From assembly GCA_035444565.1 (NCBI GenBank), contig DAOMOX010000001.1, forward strand, positions 258,335-322,334: a DNA stretch of 64,000 bases. Direction: 5' to 3'. The stretch is from Candidatus Dojkabacteria bacterium. GTDB taxonomy: Bacteria > Patescibacteriota > Dojkabacteria > B142 > OLB20. The position numbers and the translations under genes are program-made. This document shows positions 27,391-38,018 of this stretch, piece after piece; position 1 is the first letter of the stretch; every line of letters starts with the position of its first letter. Under the pieces are notes generated by a model. It was not told the origin of the DNA. It saw nothing but the letters and a program-made list of their open reading frames with translations, and did no database searches.

Positions 27391-29388
27391 TCAATAGTGT
27401 TTCTTGGCAGAATTTATTTTCTCTACAGCATATGTGGCATCTATGCCAATCGTATCACAATACCACAACATTGATTCTACTCTCGGTTTATTCTCCTCAA
27501 TGGATAGTTTCAAAGCTTCATCTCTCGAGATTAGGCCTTCTCTAATTTGATTGCTTCTAAAAGTATCATTTTCCGTTAATCCAGTCATCACATAATATAC
27601 GTAATTATAGAAACTAGCTGTACCATCGCCTATTCTCCAAGAGGATCTAGTATCTGGAGATAATTCCCAATCGTATTGCTTTAATAGTACATCCTCGACT
27701 TCTTGCTCACTCCATGGGAGGTATTTGTAAATGTAGAGATAATCCTTTGAAATAGCATACGAAGAAAGGTATGCCCCAAATGTATCAACAAGAGAGGAGT
27801 TCAAATACCTGGGATTTTTCGAATATTGAGCTGCGTAATACCATAAAAGCTTAAGGCTATTCATCATGCCAATTTCATAAGCTTTTTTATCTTTATTTTT
27901 CAATTTTACATTTGCAAAACCATGTTTAAAGTAAGTGTTTTCAAGTGAATTCCCCGAATAAATGACTAAGTCGATACCAGTCTCTTTTCGAAGCTTATTT
28001 AAATAGTAAAAATACTGTTTATCGCCAGCCATAAACAACGGAACCATTCCGATTTCTGGCTTCTTTAGCCAGGCTGATACATTTTTTCGGATATATTCTC
28101 GTTTTTTTTGGATATCGGCTGATATTAATATGTGTTCGACCCCTAATTGTCCAGTCATTCGAGCCTGATTTCTTCTACCAAGGTCAGTTATCATTCCCCA
28201 GTCGTAAGAATATGCTAGTGGTTTTAGTCCAAGTTCTTCTACCGCGTAATGTAAGGCATAACAACTATCCCTACCCCCACTAAATGCCACAATACAATCA
28301 GGTTCGCCATTGCCTTTCTTATATTTCGAAATATCTTTTACTAGTTCATCATCACCTTTTATTTCTCGATTCTCATACGCATGACAATAACTACAGACTC
28401 CGTCGTCATCAAACTCAATAAATGGCATAGTTTCAGGTAATATACACTTTGTACATCTTCTTAACTTCCCTATTTCTTTGCTATCCTGCTCGTATTCCTT
28501 TTTTATCAAACTCTCTATAGTTTTCAAATTCTTTTTATTATCTTCAACATGTGATGGTATCGGCACTTCAGTTATTTGTTTACCCAAAATTTGTATTTTC
28601 CTTTTTTTCGCTGAAACTTTAAGGTTTTTCAGTTCCGAATCTTTCGATATTTCAAAATCCTGTCTTTTAAGATTATCAAGACTTATCAATGCCCCCGAAC
28701 CCGGAGAAATCTGTTTGATTTCTATTGAATCATTCTTTTCCTTGAAATGTTTTCTAAGGATTTCTTCTGCAAAGAATTTCTCGGACACGAAAATTAGAAA
28801 ACTTTTTTCTTTATCACTTAGTGTGAAAAGAGAGCCGGTATTTGTGGCTATTAATAAATTATTGTAGGTTCCAAACAAACTCCCGAATGCGTATGACCCT
28901 TTGATTTCTTGGAGTGTTTTCTTCAGAGAAGCTCCAAAGCCCTCACCTTTATGTATTCTTTCATTTAATAATGCATTAAATACTTCAGTATCTACACCAA
29001 ATTCTCGCTTTAAACCTTTGTGATTCTTCCATAAGTCGTTGTCATTTACTATGATTCCGTTGTGGATAGTTGCCATTCCGGACTTTACAACTGGCTGATT
29101 GTTGTGAGTAAGACTAAATGAACCGTTTGTTTCCATCCTAGCATGCCCGATAAGCGCATATTGTTCAACATCACTACTTAATAATTCGTTATAGATTTTT
29201 GATTTGATAAATTTGCTGGCAGAAAGCGGTTCTTTGTAAACAAGAATCTCATCCCCTCTAACAAAAGCGATTCCAGAGGAATCTTTACCCCGTGATTGCG
29301 AGAGTAAAAGAAGATCATTCACAATTGACTTCGCTTCTGCTTTATTAAATGTATTCTTAGTTGTAATTAATCCAAAAATTCCACACAT
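27391..29388 (-). CDS. Fusion protein: N-terminal class-II (Ntn) glutamine amidotransferase domain + C-terminal N-acetyl-sugar amidotransferase (WbuX/WbpG-like PP-loop ATP-pyrophosphatase with zinc ribbon)
   Basis: 665 aa. It starts 'MCGIFGL' (Cys2 nucleophile) with 'IGHARMETNG' and 'IHNGIIVND' Gn-AT-II motifs. The C-terminal part has 'CTKCILPETMPFIEFDDDGVCSYCHAY' (Cys4 ribbon) then 'CIVAFSGGRDSCYALHYA' (PP-loop SGGxDS). Confidence 0.65.
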   Translation of the reverse strand: MCGIFGLITTKNTFNKAEAKSIVNDLLLLSQSRGKDSSGIAFVRGDEILVYKEPLSASKFIKSKIYNELLSSDVEQYALIGHARMETNGSFSLTHNNQPVVKSGMATIHNGIIVNDNDLWKNHKGLKREFGVDTEVFNALLNERIHKGEGFGASLKKTLQEIKGSYAFGSLFGTYNNLLIATNTGSLFTLSDKEKSFLIFVSEKFFAEEILRKHFKEKNDSIEIKQISPGSGALISLDNLKRQDFEISKDSELKNLKVSAKKRKIQILGKQITEVPIPSHVEDNKKNLKTIESLIKKEYEQDSKEIGKLRRCTKCILPETMPFIEFDDDGVCSYCHAYENREIKGDDELVKDISKYKKGNGEPDCIVAFSGGRDSCYALHYAVEELGLKPLAYSYDWGMITDLGRRNQARMTGQLGVEHILISADIQKKREYIRKNVSAWLKKPEIGMVPLFMAGDKQYFYYLNKLRKETGIDLVIYSGNSLENTYFKHGFANVKLKNKDKKAYEIGMMNSLKLLWYYAAQYSKNPRYLNSSLVDTFGAYLSSYAISKDYLYIYKYLPWSEQEVEDVLLKQYDWELSPDTRSSWRIGDGTASFYNYVYYVMTGLTENDTFRSNQIREGLISRDEALKLSIEENKPRVESMLWYCDTIGIDATYAVEKINSAKKHY

Positions 29389-29515
29389 GTTAATTTAATA
29401 AAAGATTGATAAAGTTAATTATATTACTAATAATTTGAATAGCGTAAGGTTTTATTTATTTTCTTGATTATTGCTATACTGGTTAACTCTTATAAAATAA
29501 AAACCATCTTGCTAT

Positions 29516-30139
29516 ATGACACATATCGAAGATACAAGTAAAACACCTATTATTATAACTAATAATTGTTGGGGTTATCATTATTATCAAAATAATAACA
29601 TTGCATACCCCACTCCATTTATCGGTTTATTTATATTCGCACCAGACTATTTGGAGATGCTCAAAGATTTTGAAAAACATATGAGTGCGCCACTCAAATT
29701 TACTAAAAAATCAAAATATCATTTAAAACATAAAGATTATCCAATTGGAAAGTTACTAGATGTAGAAATACATTTTCTTCATTACAAATCCGAAGACGAG
29801 GCAAAGAGCAAGTGGGATAGAAGGAAATCAAGAATGCACAAAAATATGGACAACTATTATTTCAAGTTTGATGATGTGGAAAAGCCTTTTGAGGATATCT
29901 ATTTAAAAAGGTTTTATTCTTTACCTTTCAAAAATAAAATATCATTTACAAAAGAAAGACATCCTGAATACAAAAATAATCTTGAATTTTATTTCGGGAA
30001 ATCACTAAGTGGAGGGCGGTTATATCGGACAACTCCGTTTTATTTCAATATCAATAAATGGTTAGCAGGCAAAGGGCTGAGTAAGCATTTTCATTATAAA
30101 CTCTATCAAAATACTCTCTCTCATTTATTTAATCGATAA
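29516..30139 (+). CDS. DUF1919-like protein (exopolysaccharide-locus-associated family)
   Basis: 207 aa. 'PIIITNNCWGYHYY' resembles the N-terminal 'IISNNCWGG' signature of DUF1919 proteins found in capsule/EPS loci. Function unknown. Confidence 0.45.
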   Translation: MTHIEDTSKTPIIITNNCWGYHYYQNNNIAYPTPFIGLFIFAPDYLEMLKDFEKHMSAPLKFTKKSKYHLKHKDYPIGKLLDVEIHFLHYKSEDEAKSKWDRRKSRMHKNMDNYYFKFDDVEKPFEDIYLKRFYSLPFKNKISFTKERHPEYKNNLEFYFGKSLSGGRLYRTTPFYFNINKWLAGKGLSKHFHYKLYQNTLSHLFNR

Positions 30140-30219
30140 ATCGTCAATCTCGTTTCATCTCGTATTTTGTGTATTTACATGGTAATATTGACGACATAGC
30201 CATATAAAACTTACGAATC

Positions 30220-32016
30220 ATGAGATCAATCTTAAAGGAGTTACTACATAGATTTGCTGACTATAATGCAGAACCATCAACCCTGTTAAATGTTTGGGGA
30301 TATTTTCTATTGCTTGTTTTATTCTTTCCAATATTTAGCAGCATTATCCCATCCTTTAATTTGGATGTTAGTAACTATGCTATCTTTTCGATTATTATTC
30401 TATTAACATTCTCCTTGATCATAAGCTATTCTTTACTAATTTTTAGTCAAGAGAAAACAACTTTCAGAAGTAGCTATATTAAATCAGCAACTATTATAAT
30501 AGTAGTATTAATGGCTCTTGGATTTTCTTCGTTTAACTTACTCTTCGATCTTAAAGCCCCAATACTTCACGACCCCTTGGATCATGCAATGATGGCTAAA
30601 AGCATTGTGGTAAACAATGAGATAAGTTTTTTCTACAGCCCATTATTGCATTCTCTGTCAGCAGTATTTAGTTTGGATAATGTTGAATGGATACCTTGGT
30701 TGATTACCTTTTTCACTCAATTGGCTGTATTTCTTATTCCCATTAACTATTCCTTTTTATATTTACACTTTACAAAAAGACGCAAGTATACTTTATTATT
30801 CTTCCTGTTAATCTCGTCATTGCATTTTCCTGCTAGTTTCTATTATTTGGCTGGAAAAAATTCTCTCATCCTTGGATTAAGCATTATTCCTTTCGTTGTG
30901 TTCTCATTAGACAACTTAAAGAAAAACTACTCATTCAAGAATCTCATAGTCTCTGCTCTAGCATTATTCCTACTGTTTATGGCCCATTATCCCACTTTTG
31001 GGATTTTTTGTTTTTTGATTATACCTTGGGTATTTACTAGCGTTTTTGGCCAAATTAAAAAGAAGAAGTTCAAAATATTAATTGCATCTCTTTTACCCTT
31101 CGTAATAAGTACAATATTTTCAATGCTTTGGTTTATCCCCCTCTACTCACAACAAGTTGAACTTATTAACGATTCTGTAATGCCTTCCAACGCGTCAGGA
31201 TTAAATCTAACAAAACAATATATATTGGAGAATCTTGAATTTGCCATAAATAACTACTTCATGAGATTCTTTCAAGTTTGGCATGTCATGTTTTTGATAC
31301 CCATATTTTTGAAGAAAATTAACTTAAGCTTAAAACTTTCATATATATGGATTTATACTTCTCTTTCTTTTTTATATTTCCTTGTTAACACACTTAATCA
31401 GAACACACTTCTAGGAATGGTCCCGAACACCTTGGAATTAATCTTCTCTCCACTTCTAATATTTGGGGTGATGTTGACTGTTAATTTAATTATTCAAAAT
31501 TTTAATTCCAAGATAAACTACATTTCATTCTTATTTATAATACTCGGTATTTTATCAATAAATTCACATCGTGTACTTAATGAGAAAATAATTTCGGAAC
31601 ATAATCGACTCAATCTAGTAGATCAGAATGATGTTCTAGCTTATAAATTTATAAACGAGAACCTTCCTGACGATGCCATAATACTGAATGCAGGACAAGA
31701 AGCCACTGCCAAAAGCGGAGCAATATATCCAGTAGACGGAGGACTATGGATCCCCTTGTATACCGATAAGGAGTTATTCATTGACTTCCAACAGTTTTCT
31801 AGTGTTCAAACTAATTATAACAATGAATTATTTCAAAAAATTGTTGTCGATAATGATGATAGTGAAGAAATTGAAGAAATCAAATCAATGGGGATAGAAT
31901 ACGGATATATAGATCAGGGTATTTTTGGAGATAGTCTTTCTGAAGGAATTCTTAATAATGTAGATTATACGGTTCTATTTGAATCAGGCACAGTAAAAAT
32001 AATTCAATTTGATTAA
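30220..32016 (+). CDS. Polytopic membrane protein (possible GT-C glycosyltransferase or O-antigen-polymerase-like)
   Basis: 598 aa. ~12 hydrophobic helices in the first 450 aa, then a soluble C-terminal domain. No diagnostic motif. Confidence 0.4.
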   Translation: MRSILKELLHRFADYNAEPSTLLNVWGYFLLLVLFFPIFSSIIPSFNLDVSNYAIFSIIILLTFSLIISYSLLIFSQEKTTFRSSYIKSATIIIVVLMALGFSSFNLLFDLKAPILHDPLDHAMMAKSIVVNNEISFFYSPLLHSLSAVFSLDNVEWIPWLITFFTQLAVFLIPINYSFLYLHFTKRRKYTLLFFLLISSLHFPASFYYLAGKNSLILGLSIIPFVVFSLDNLKKNYSFKNLIVSALALFLLFMAHYPTFGIFCFLIIPWVFTSVFGQIKKKKFKILIASLLPFVISTIFSMLWFIPLYSQQVELINDSVMPSNASGLNLTKQYILENLEFAINNYFMRFFQVWHVMFLIPIFLKKINLSLKLSYIWIYTSLSFLYFLVNTLNQNTLLGMVPNTLELIFSPLLIFGVMLTVNLIIQNFNSKINYISFLFIILGILSINSHRVLNEKIISEHNRLNLVDQNDVLAYKFINENLPDDAIILNAGQEATAKSGAIYPVDGGLWIPLYTDKELFIDFQQFSSVQTNYNNELFQKIVVDNDDSEEIEEIKSMGIEYGYIDQGIFGDSLSEGILNNVDYTVLFESGTVKIIQFD

Positions 32017-32075
32017 TTATTCATTACTACGTAATTTGAGGACGAATAGTCTTCTCTATTATTCTCGCTTCTAAT

Positions 32076-34136
32076 TCATAGTTTAGGAAGTGTAGGTTGC
32101 TCACCGAAAGTTAGTCTGCCATCGTTATGAATAAGACTTAAGTTTGGATTATAATAAGGATCACCCTCCTGTATATACTTTTTCCACTTTTTATAGAAGT
32201 AATTAATTTCTTTTGTAAATCTATACTCTTGTGTTGGATCAAGATGTTCGTATCCTCTACTTATTGACTCGTAATGATAGAGTTTGGAGAAAGGTGTATA
32301 TATATTTTTATAGCCAGCTTTCAAAAGTTTGAGACATAAATCAACATCATTGAAAGCAACGGCCAATTTTTCATCCAAACCTCCTACCTTTTCATACAAA
32401 TCTTTTTTAACCATAAGACAGGCTCCCGTAACTGCTGAAACATTATGAGTAACTCTTGGGAAATCAAGATGGGCAGGAACGGTAATTTCTTGCTCTCGAT
32501 AAATATGCGATGCAATGCCACCAATACCGATAACTACACCAGCATGCTGAATGGTATCATTTCTAAATAATAGTAAACTTCCGACAGCTCCAATATTGTC
32601 GAGTTGAGAGAATCTTAATAGGTTCGTTAACCATTCATTGTTAATCACTCGAACATCATTATTCAGTAGTAAGATGTGTTTACCACTCGCCTCTTTAACT
32701 GCAAAATTATTAATTGCTGCGTAATTGTATGGTTTTTTGTATTCAAGTATCTTGTGTTTTTTCGCAATATTTTTTAAATATTCTTTAGTACTAGCTTCCT
32801 CACTATTATTATCAACAATAATAATTTCATAGTTTTTATAACTTGTATACGCTTCTATACTATCGATAGCAGTTTTAATGTAATCTAGTTTATCTTTGGT
32901 TGGGATAATTATTGATATTTTCGGATTTCCTATTATCTTATAAGAGATGTTTGATGATGGTGCAGTTAGCCCAGGTTCCACTGTTGCCTTCAAACCTCTT
33001 CGCTTAATAGCATCTTTTACTGCCTTCTTCGAACTATCACTTGCATAGTCTTTGGTCTCATAGGTCAAAGCTGTACTCCCAGGAATTTGTCTCCAATGAT
33101 AAAGAATCATAGGGATTCTCTCGATATTGTCCGTAAGTTCAGTTGCTCTTAGAGCTAGATCATAGTCCTGACTTCCCTCATATCCCAACCTCATACCTCC
33201 GAGTTTCCTAATTAAAGATGTGCGATATGTTGAGTGAGCCAAATACATCGTTGATAGTAATGTATCTGGAGACCATGCAGGTTTAAAGTGGGGATGAACC
33301 CTAAACCCATTTTGATTCAATTTGTCTTCATCGTAATATACGATGTCTGTTTTAGGCTTTTGGGATAATAAATCACTAATAGCCAGTAAGGTGTATTTCG
33401 ACAGTTGATCATCATGGTCAAGAAAGAGAACATATTTTCCCGTAGCCAACTCAAGTGCCTGATTCGTTGCGTAAGATATATGACCGTTCTTTTGTCCGAA
33501 CTTCACTTTTATTCGCTCGTCCCCCATTCCTTTTAATGAATTCAAATATTCTATCGTTTCACTATTAGAACTTGCATCATCGTAAATGCATAATTCCCAA
33601 CCACCATAAAGTTGTCGTTTTACAGACTGTATAGTATCTTCAAGTACGTTAGGACTTGTGTTATACGTTGGAATAATAACGCTAAATAGGATGTCAGCAG
33701 GAACACTATCTATTCTATTAGTTAAATCTTTGAATACATTTATTTCGAATTTTTTTTGCCATCTTAGATATTCAATTTCTTCTAATCCTATATATTGCTT
33801 ACCTACAATTTTGGAGGCAATATGATTTATAAAAACAGCTAACCCTGCATACTTATATATTCTCAATAAACTAATGACTTTAGATTTAGTTTTTTCATAA
33901 GGCAAGATTTTATTAATCAAAATCGTAATTGTTGATGGAGTATTCGATTGAATAACCCGAGTCAGAGACCTATTCTCTTTTTGTAAAGTATCTATCTTTT
34001 TCTGCATAAATTTTATCTGATTATGTTTCTCGTTAAGGGCTTTTATCAAATCAGACTTTTCCATATGAGAACCTAGTCCTTCTAATACCGACCCTCCCTT
34101 ATTATGTGAGCTGTGTTTTGATTTAACTGCTTTCAT
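32076..34136 (-). CDS. Multidomain glycosyltransferase with two GT2 modules (WbbL/rhamnosyltransferase-like)
   Basis: 686 aa. Module 1 'FSVIIPTYNTSPNVLEDTIQSV...CIYDDASS', 'FLDHDDQL'. Module 2 'ISIIIPTKDKLDYIKTAIDSI...IIIVDNNSEE', 'LNNDVRV'. N-terminal coiled-coil. Confidence 0.7.
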   Translation of the reverse strand: MKAVKSKHSSHNKGGSVLEGLGSHMEKSDLIKALNEKHNQIKFMQKKIDTLQKENRSLTRVIQSNTPSTITILINKILPYEKTKSKVISLLRIYKYAGLAVFINHIASKIVGKQYIGLEEIEYLRWQKKFEINVFKDLTNRIDSVPADILFSVIIPTYNTSPNVLEDTIQSVKRQLYGGWELCIYDDASSNSETIEYLNSLKGMGDERIKVKFGQKNGHISYATNQALELATGKYVLFLDHDDQLSKYTLLAISDLLSQKPKTDIVYYDEDKLNQNGFRVHPHFKPAWSPDTLLSTMYLAHSTYRTSLIRKLGGMRLGYEGSQDYDLALRATELTDNIERIPMILYHWRQIPGSTALTYETKDYASDSSKKAVKDAIKRRGLKATVEPGLTAPSSNISYKIIGNPKISIIIPTKDKLDYIKTAIDSIEAYTSYKNYEIIIVDNNSEEASTKEYLKNIAKKHKILEYKKPYNYAAINNFAVKEASGKHILLLNNDVRVINNEWLTNLLRFSQLDNIGAVGSLLLFRNDTIQHAGVVIGIGGIASHIYREQEITVPAHLDFPRVTHNVSAVTGACLMVKKDLYEKVGGLDEKLAVAFNDVDLCLKLLKAGYKNIYTPFSKLYHYESISRGYEHLDPTQEYRFTKEINYFYKKWKKYIQEGDPYYNPNLSLIHNDGRLTFGEQPTLPKL

Positions 34137-34260
34137 GAAAAATCAAATTAATTATAATCAAAATGTTAAAAAGCATTCTAACACAAGTGATTGATATTCA
34201 GAATCTCAGTAGATTTATCAATAAAGTATTAAAACTATTCTCCCTGCTCTAGTAGATGCT

Positions 34261-35211
34261 CTAGACAAGCCTTCCTCTTTTTTTTACTTCCTTAATAGGT
34301 GTTCTCAGCATTCTATATAAAAAAGAATTAGCTTTATATAGATTCTTAGAAGAATCAAGTCTTGCCGATTCCATTTTTGAGAAAGTTTTTCCTACTCGTC
34401 TATCATCTTGATTATTGCCCCATTCGTAAAATAAATGTTCAGGGGTAGGATCACTCATATCAAATATGTTGTTTGTAAGTTTTTTTAACTGAGACTTTCG
34501 AGGTAGATGAAATTTTTTTTCATCAAAATTTGCCCTAAAACCATGCCATCCGTATTCTTGAACTTCTTTTTGTGAGTACTTCGACTTTTTTGTATATTTA
34601 TCAATTGCGTGTTGCTTACTCAAAAAAATATAATGTTTCAAAATAAATGGATTTGGATATATCTTCATATTCTCAAAAAATACCCTATGTCCACCAGATG
34701 TCTCAAATGAGATTAAGTTTTCAGTTTTCTTCCATAATTTAATCTGTGAAAATGGTTCAGATGAATGAAAATAATAATATTTCATTTCATCTTCGTAATT
34801 TTTACCGATATAACTCTTTCCATCTTCAGGCATGAAGTTAAACAAATGAAAATTTACAGCGTTATAACCTAGTGATTCAACTTTTACAAGTGCATCTTTT
34901 ATGGTTTTGAAAGGCCTGTGTGGCAGCCTAATCTCGTCAGCATCACAATGCATAAACCAATCTGAATCATAGGAATTTGCTATGTTCTCTTCAAACTTTA
35001 GAATTTCCTCAAGTTTGAAAACACCTCCAGTATCAATGTAATCTATTTTCACTATTCCTTTATTGAGATACTTTTTTGCTACTTCTAAGCTATCGTCTAC
35101 AGACCCATTATCAATCAAGTAAATCTCAAATCCTTGCTTAATGAGGTTTTCTATACAGTACTTGAGATAATACTCTTCATTTTTTATTGTTAATAACGCT
35201 GTGAGTTTCAT
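34261..35211 (-). CDS. Glycosyltransferase, GT2-like
   Basis: 316 aa. 'LTALLTIKNEEYYLKYCIENL...IYLIDNGSVDDS', 'HCDADEI'. Confidence 0.55.
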   Translation of the reverse strand: MKLTALLTIKNEEYYLKYCIENLIKQGFEIYLIDNGSVDDSLEVAKKYLNKGIVKIDYIDTGGVFKLEEILKFEENIANSYDSDWFMHCDADEIRLPHRPFKTIKDALVKVESLGYNAVNFHLFNFMPEDGKSYIGKNYEDEMKYYYFHSSEPFSQIKLWKKTENLISFETSGGHRVFFENMKIYPNPFILKHYIFLSKQHAIDKYTKKSKYSQKEVQEYGWHGFRANFDEKKFHLPRKSQLKKLTNNIFDMSDPTPEHLFYEWGNNQDDRRVGKTFSKMESARLDSSKNLYKANSFLYRMLRTPIKEVKKRGRLV

Positions 35212-35282
35212 GCTTTAAATACTGCTAAAAATACGACGTAATGTTCATAAAATGAATTATATCATTTGATTATATTGATGAA

Positions 35283-38018
35283 TTACATACCGGGAACTAC
35301 ATAGAACGAGTTGTCCAAAGAATTTACTTGAATCGTGTAAAACGCATTGGTAGAGTCTACTACGACAGGTCCTAAGTTACTAGGTTGTAAATCGTAATAA
35401 ATTTGGCTTATTCTATTTCCCGGAGCTATTTGATACGGACCTTTGACCTCGCTTCCCACAGTTAAATCCACACTTATTGTTTGCGAAGTAGACGGGTTGC
35501 CTACCACAATCCATGATCGCCTACTAGAATTTACAATATATTCAGGATAATAATATGACGTTGTAAAGTTTGCAGGTATTAATCCTACCATTTGATAATA
35601 GTTTCCATTTACTGAACTGACCTGTGAAGTATACACATTGTTATCTGACGTTACTGACACAGGTCCCTTGTTTGATACATCTAAATCATAATATATTTTA
35701 CTTATCCTCTCTCCAGGCAAAATTTCATATGGTCCCTTAGATACTCCACCAATTTCAATATTAACATTTGCTGTCAATGTTGCCGATGGATTCCCCACAA
35801 TAATCCATGATTGCCTACTAGGGTTAACTATGTACTCAGGATAAAAGTAATTATTTGTTAATTCGCTAACTTTTATTCCCTGTATCTGGTTAAAACTTCC
35901 GTTTACGGAATTAATCTGAGAAGCAAAGATATTTATATTTGCACTAATTTTCACTGGGCCTAGATTCCCAAGTGTTAGGTCAGAAAAACTAAGGCTATTT
36001 CTAGCTCCTGGGATAAGAGTATATGGTCCTTTACTTTCGTCTCCAATTACAATATTAACAATAGCATTTTGCACACTTGTAGCTGGATTACCGAATACCA
36101 ACCAGGAACCCCTGAAGCTATTGACAATATATTCTGGGAAGTAGTATTCATTTGATAAGTCAGTCAAATCCATACCGTGAACTTGATAATAAGAAGAACC
36201 CACCTTACTTACTTGAGTTGAGAATGCAGGACCACTGGCAATTACTTCTACTGGACCTAAATTACCAGGTGACAAATTACTATAACTTATACTTTTACGT
36301 TCACCAGGTTTCAGCTGATATGGTCCAAATATTTCATCCTTTATTTTATTCATATAGAAAAGATCGTCTGTATCTGAAGGGTTGGCAGTAATAAGCCAAG
36401 AGCCCCTTGAAGTGGAATTTACAATATACTCAGAAAAGAATGAATTCGTCAGTAAAGTTGACGAGTATAGAAAAGCTTTATGAAAATCTATAACACCTAC
36501 ACCTGTCTGGTCATCTCTACCTATAACATTTATATCATTTGTGGCAGTTCCGAGGGCGATTCTTAATTCATCGCTACTCATCCCGAAGTTATTCCCCAAT
36601 ATAATAGCTGCCGCTGCTGCAACTTGTGGAGAAGCAAACGAGGTTCCTATTGCATACTGATTAGAAAATTGTTTGTATCGAGATACGTTTGTACTGTTAT
36701 AACAGTCTGTCCTAGCTGTAAAACAAGTATAGGATTGTTGATAGGTTGCATCACCAGCTCCTCCCCAATCTCCAACATAAGCGACCAAATCGAGTTCGGG
36801 CCCATAAGCTGAATAGGATGTTTTAGAACCATCGGTTTTCACAGCTCCGACCGCAACGACATTCGGATATTTTGCGGGATAATATACAGATCCACCTTTG
36901 TTTCCCGAAGAGGCAATTACTAATACTCCTGCATTATGAGCATTATTTATCGCTTGCTCGAGTAGTGCATCATAACTTGACCCTGCAAGACTCATGTTTA
37001 TAATATCTGCACCATTATCAACTGCATAATTAATTGATTCTACTAACCTAGAACTTCCAAATGAAGGTGTCTTTGAATAATTTGCTTTGATGGTCATTAT
37101 TTGAACATTTGCTGCGGGGGATACACTTCCGGTCCCATTTCCTGTAAGTGAAGCAATTAATCCGGTCACAAATGTTCCATGCCCACCATCATCATCTGGA
37201 TGTCCTGTCTCACCGGATTCTTGTGTAGAACATCCCCAGGTGTTGCAGTAAAAATAATTCTCCATATTCACTCCATGGTAGTCATCAATAAATCCATTTC
37301 CGTCATCATCAATATCGTTATTTGGTGTTTCTCCTGAATTTGTCCATAGATTAATACTGTCTCCTACAAACATATCTGGAGCAGGATCAAAGTCAAAAGG
37401 AGTTGATGCTACATCTTCCCAGACAGAAGTATAATCCTGAAAGGCTAGTCCAGTATCAATAACTGCAACTACTACGTCGCTTGAACCTCCGCAACCAACT
37501 CCACTATTAAAACAATCCTGTTCATACCAAAGTGATCGCAAGTTCGACTTTTCATAGTACCAATGATTACCAGTTGCTGGTAATGGTGTTAGATCGAAAT
37601 CATCAGGAGTATCGAGTAAGCTATCCCTACTCCACACTTCGTTCGTATACAAGTAGTCTGGTTGAACGTGTTTGATACTTTTATCATTAAGCAATTCAAC
37701 AAGTTTCGATTCTAATTTCTCTAATCTTTTCTGATTCTTTGAGAAATCATTATTTTTCTCCCGTAACAACTTCGATGAGACATAACCCTCTTCCTCTTGA
37801 ATATCTTCGAGAACTATAATCTCAGGTTTGTCACTGTTCTCCCTTACAACCACTAATCTAGTAAGATCAAATTCATACTCATCCTTTAATAGCTGTTGGA
37901 CTTTCTCGTTATTTGCTTTTGCATTGACTGCGTCCAAACCAAAGTTATAGAAAGTAGAAGCAATTAATAGAGTTACAATTAATAAAAATGTTTTGGGAAA
38001 GACTTTTGTATAGTTCAA
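35283..38018 (-). CDS. Secreted subtilisin-like serine protease (peptidase S8) with four C-terminal ~95-aa tandem repeat domains
   Basis: 911 aa. Signal peptide 'KTFLLIVTLLIASTF'. Catalytic triad contexts 'VAVIDTGLA' (Asp), 'HGTFVTGLIA' (His), 'GTSFASPQVAAAAAI' (Ser). C-terminal repeats each start 'Y(Y/F)(F/Y)PEYIVNSxRxSW' and contain 'KGPYxLxPGxRxS....L.xxNLGPV'. Confidence 0.8.
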   Translation of the reverse strand: MNYTKVFPKTFLLIVTLLIASTFYNFGLDAVNAKANNEKVQQLLKDEYEFDLTRLVVVRENSDKPEIIVLEDIQEEEGYVSSKLLREKNNDFSKNQKRLEKLESKLVELLNDKSIKHVQPDYLYTNEVWSRDSLLDTPDDFDLTPLPATGNHWYYEKSNLRSLWYEQDCFNSGVGCGGSSDVVVAVIDTGLAFQDYTSVWEDVASTPFDFDPAPDMFVGDSINLWTNSGETPNNDIDDDGNGFIDDYHGVNMENYFYCNTWGCSTQESGETGHPDDDGGHGTFVTGLIASLTGNGTGSVSPAANVQIMTIKANYSKTPSFGSSRLVESINYAVDNGADIINMSLAGSSYDALLEQAINNAHNAGVLVIASSGNKGGSVYYPAKYPNVVAVGAVKTDGSKTSYSAYGPELDLVAYVGDWGGAGDATYQQSYTCFTARTDCYNSTNVSRYKQFSNQYAIGTSFASPQVAAAAAIILGNNFGMSSDELRIALGTATNDINVIGRDDQTGVGVIDFHKAFLYSSTLLTNSFFSEYIVNSTSRGSWLITANPSDTDDLFYMNKIKDEIFGPYQLKPGERKSISYSNLSPGNLGPVEVIASGPAFSTQVSKVGSSYYQVHGMDLTDLSNEYYFPEYIVNSFRGSWLVFGNPATSVQNAIVNIVIGDESKGPYTLIPGARNSLSFSDLTLGNLGPVKISANINIFASQINSVNGSFNQIQGIKVSELTNNYFYPEYIVNPSRQSWIIVGNPSATLTANVNIEIGGVSKGPYEILPGERISKIYYDLDVSNKGPVSVTSDNNVYTSQVSSVNGNYYQMVGLIPANFTTSYYYPEYIVNSSRRSWIVVGNPSTSQTISVDLTVGSEVKGPYQIAPGNRISQIYYDLQPSNLGPVVVDSTNAFYTIQVNSLDNSFYVVPGM
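35286..36440 (-). repeat. Four tandem ~285-bp coding repeats (C-terminal repeat domains of the subtilase)
   Basis: Protein-level repeats begin near residue 527 ('FFSEYIVNSTSRGSWLITANP...') and recur 4 times to the C-terminus. Confidence 0.6.
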
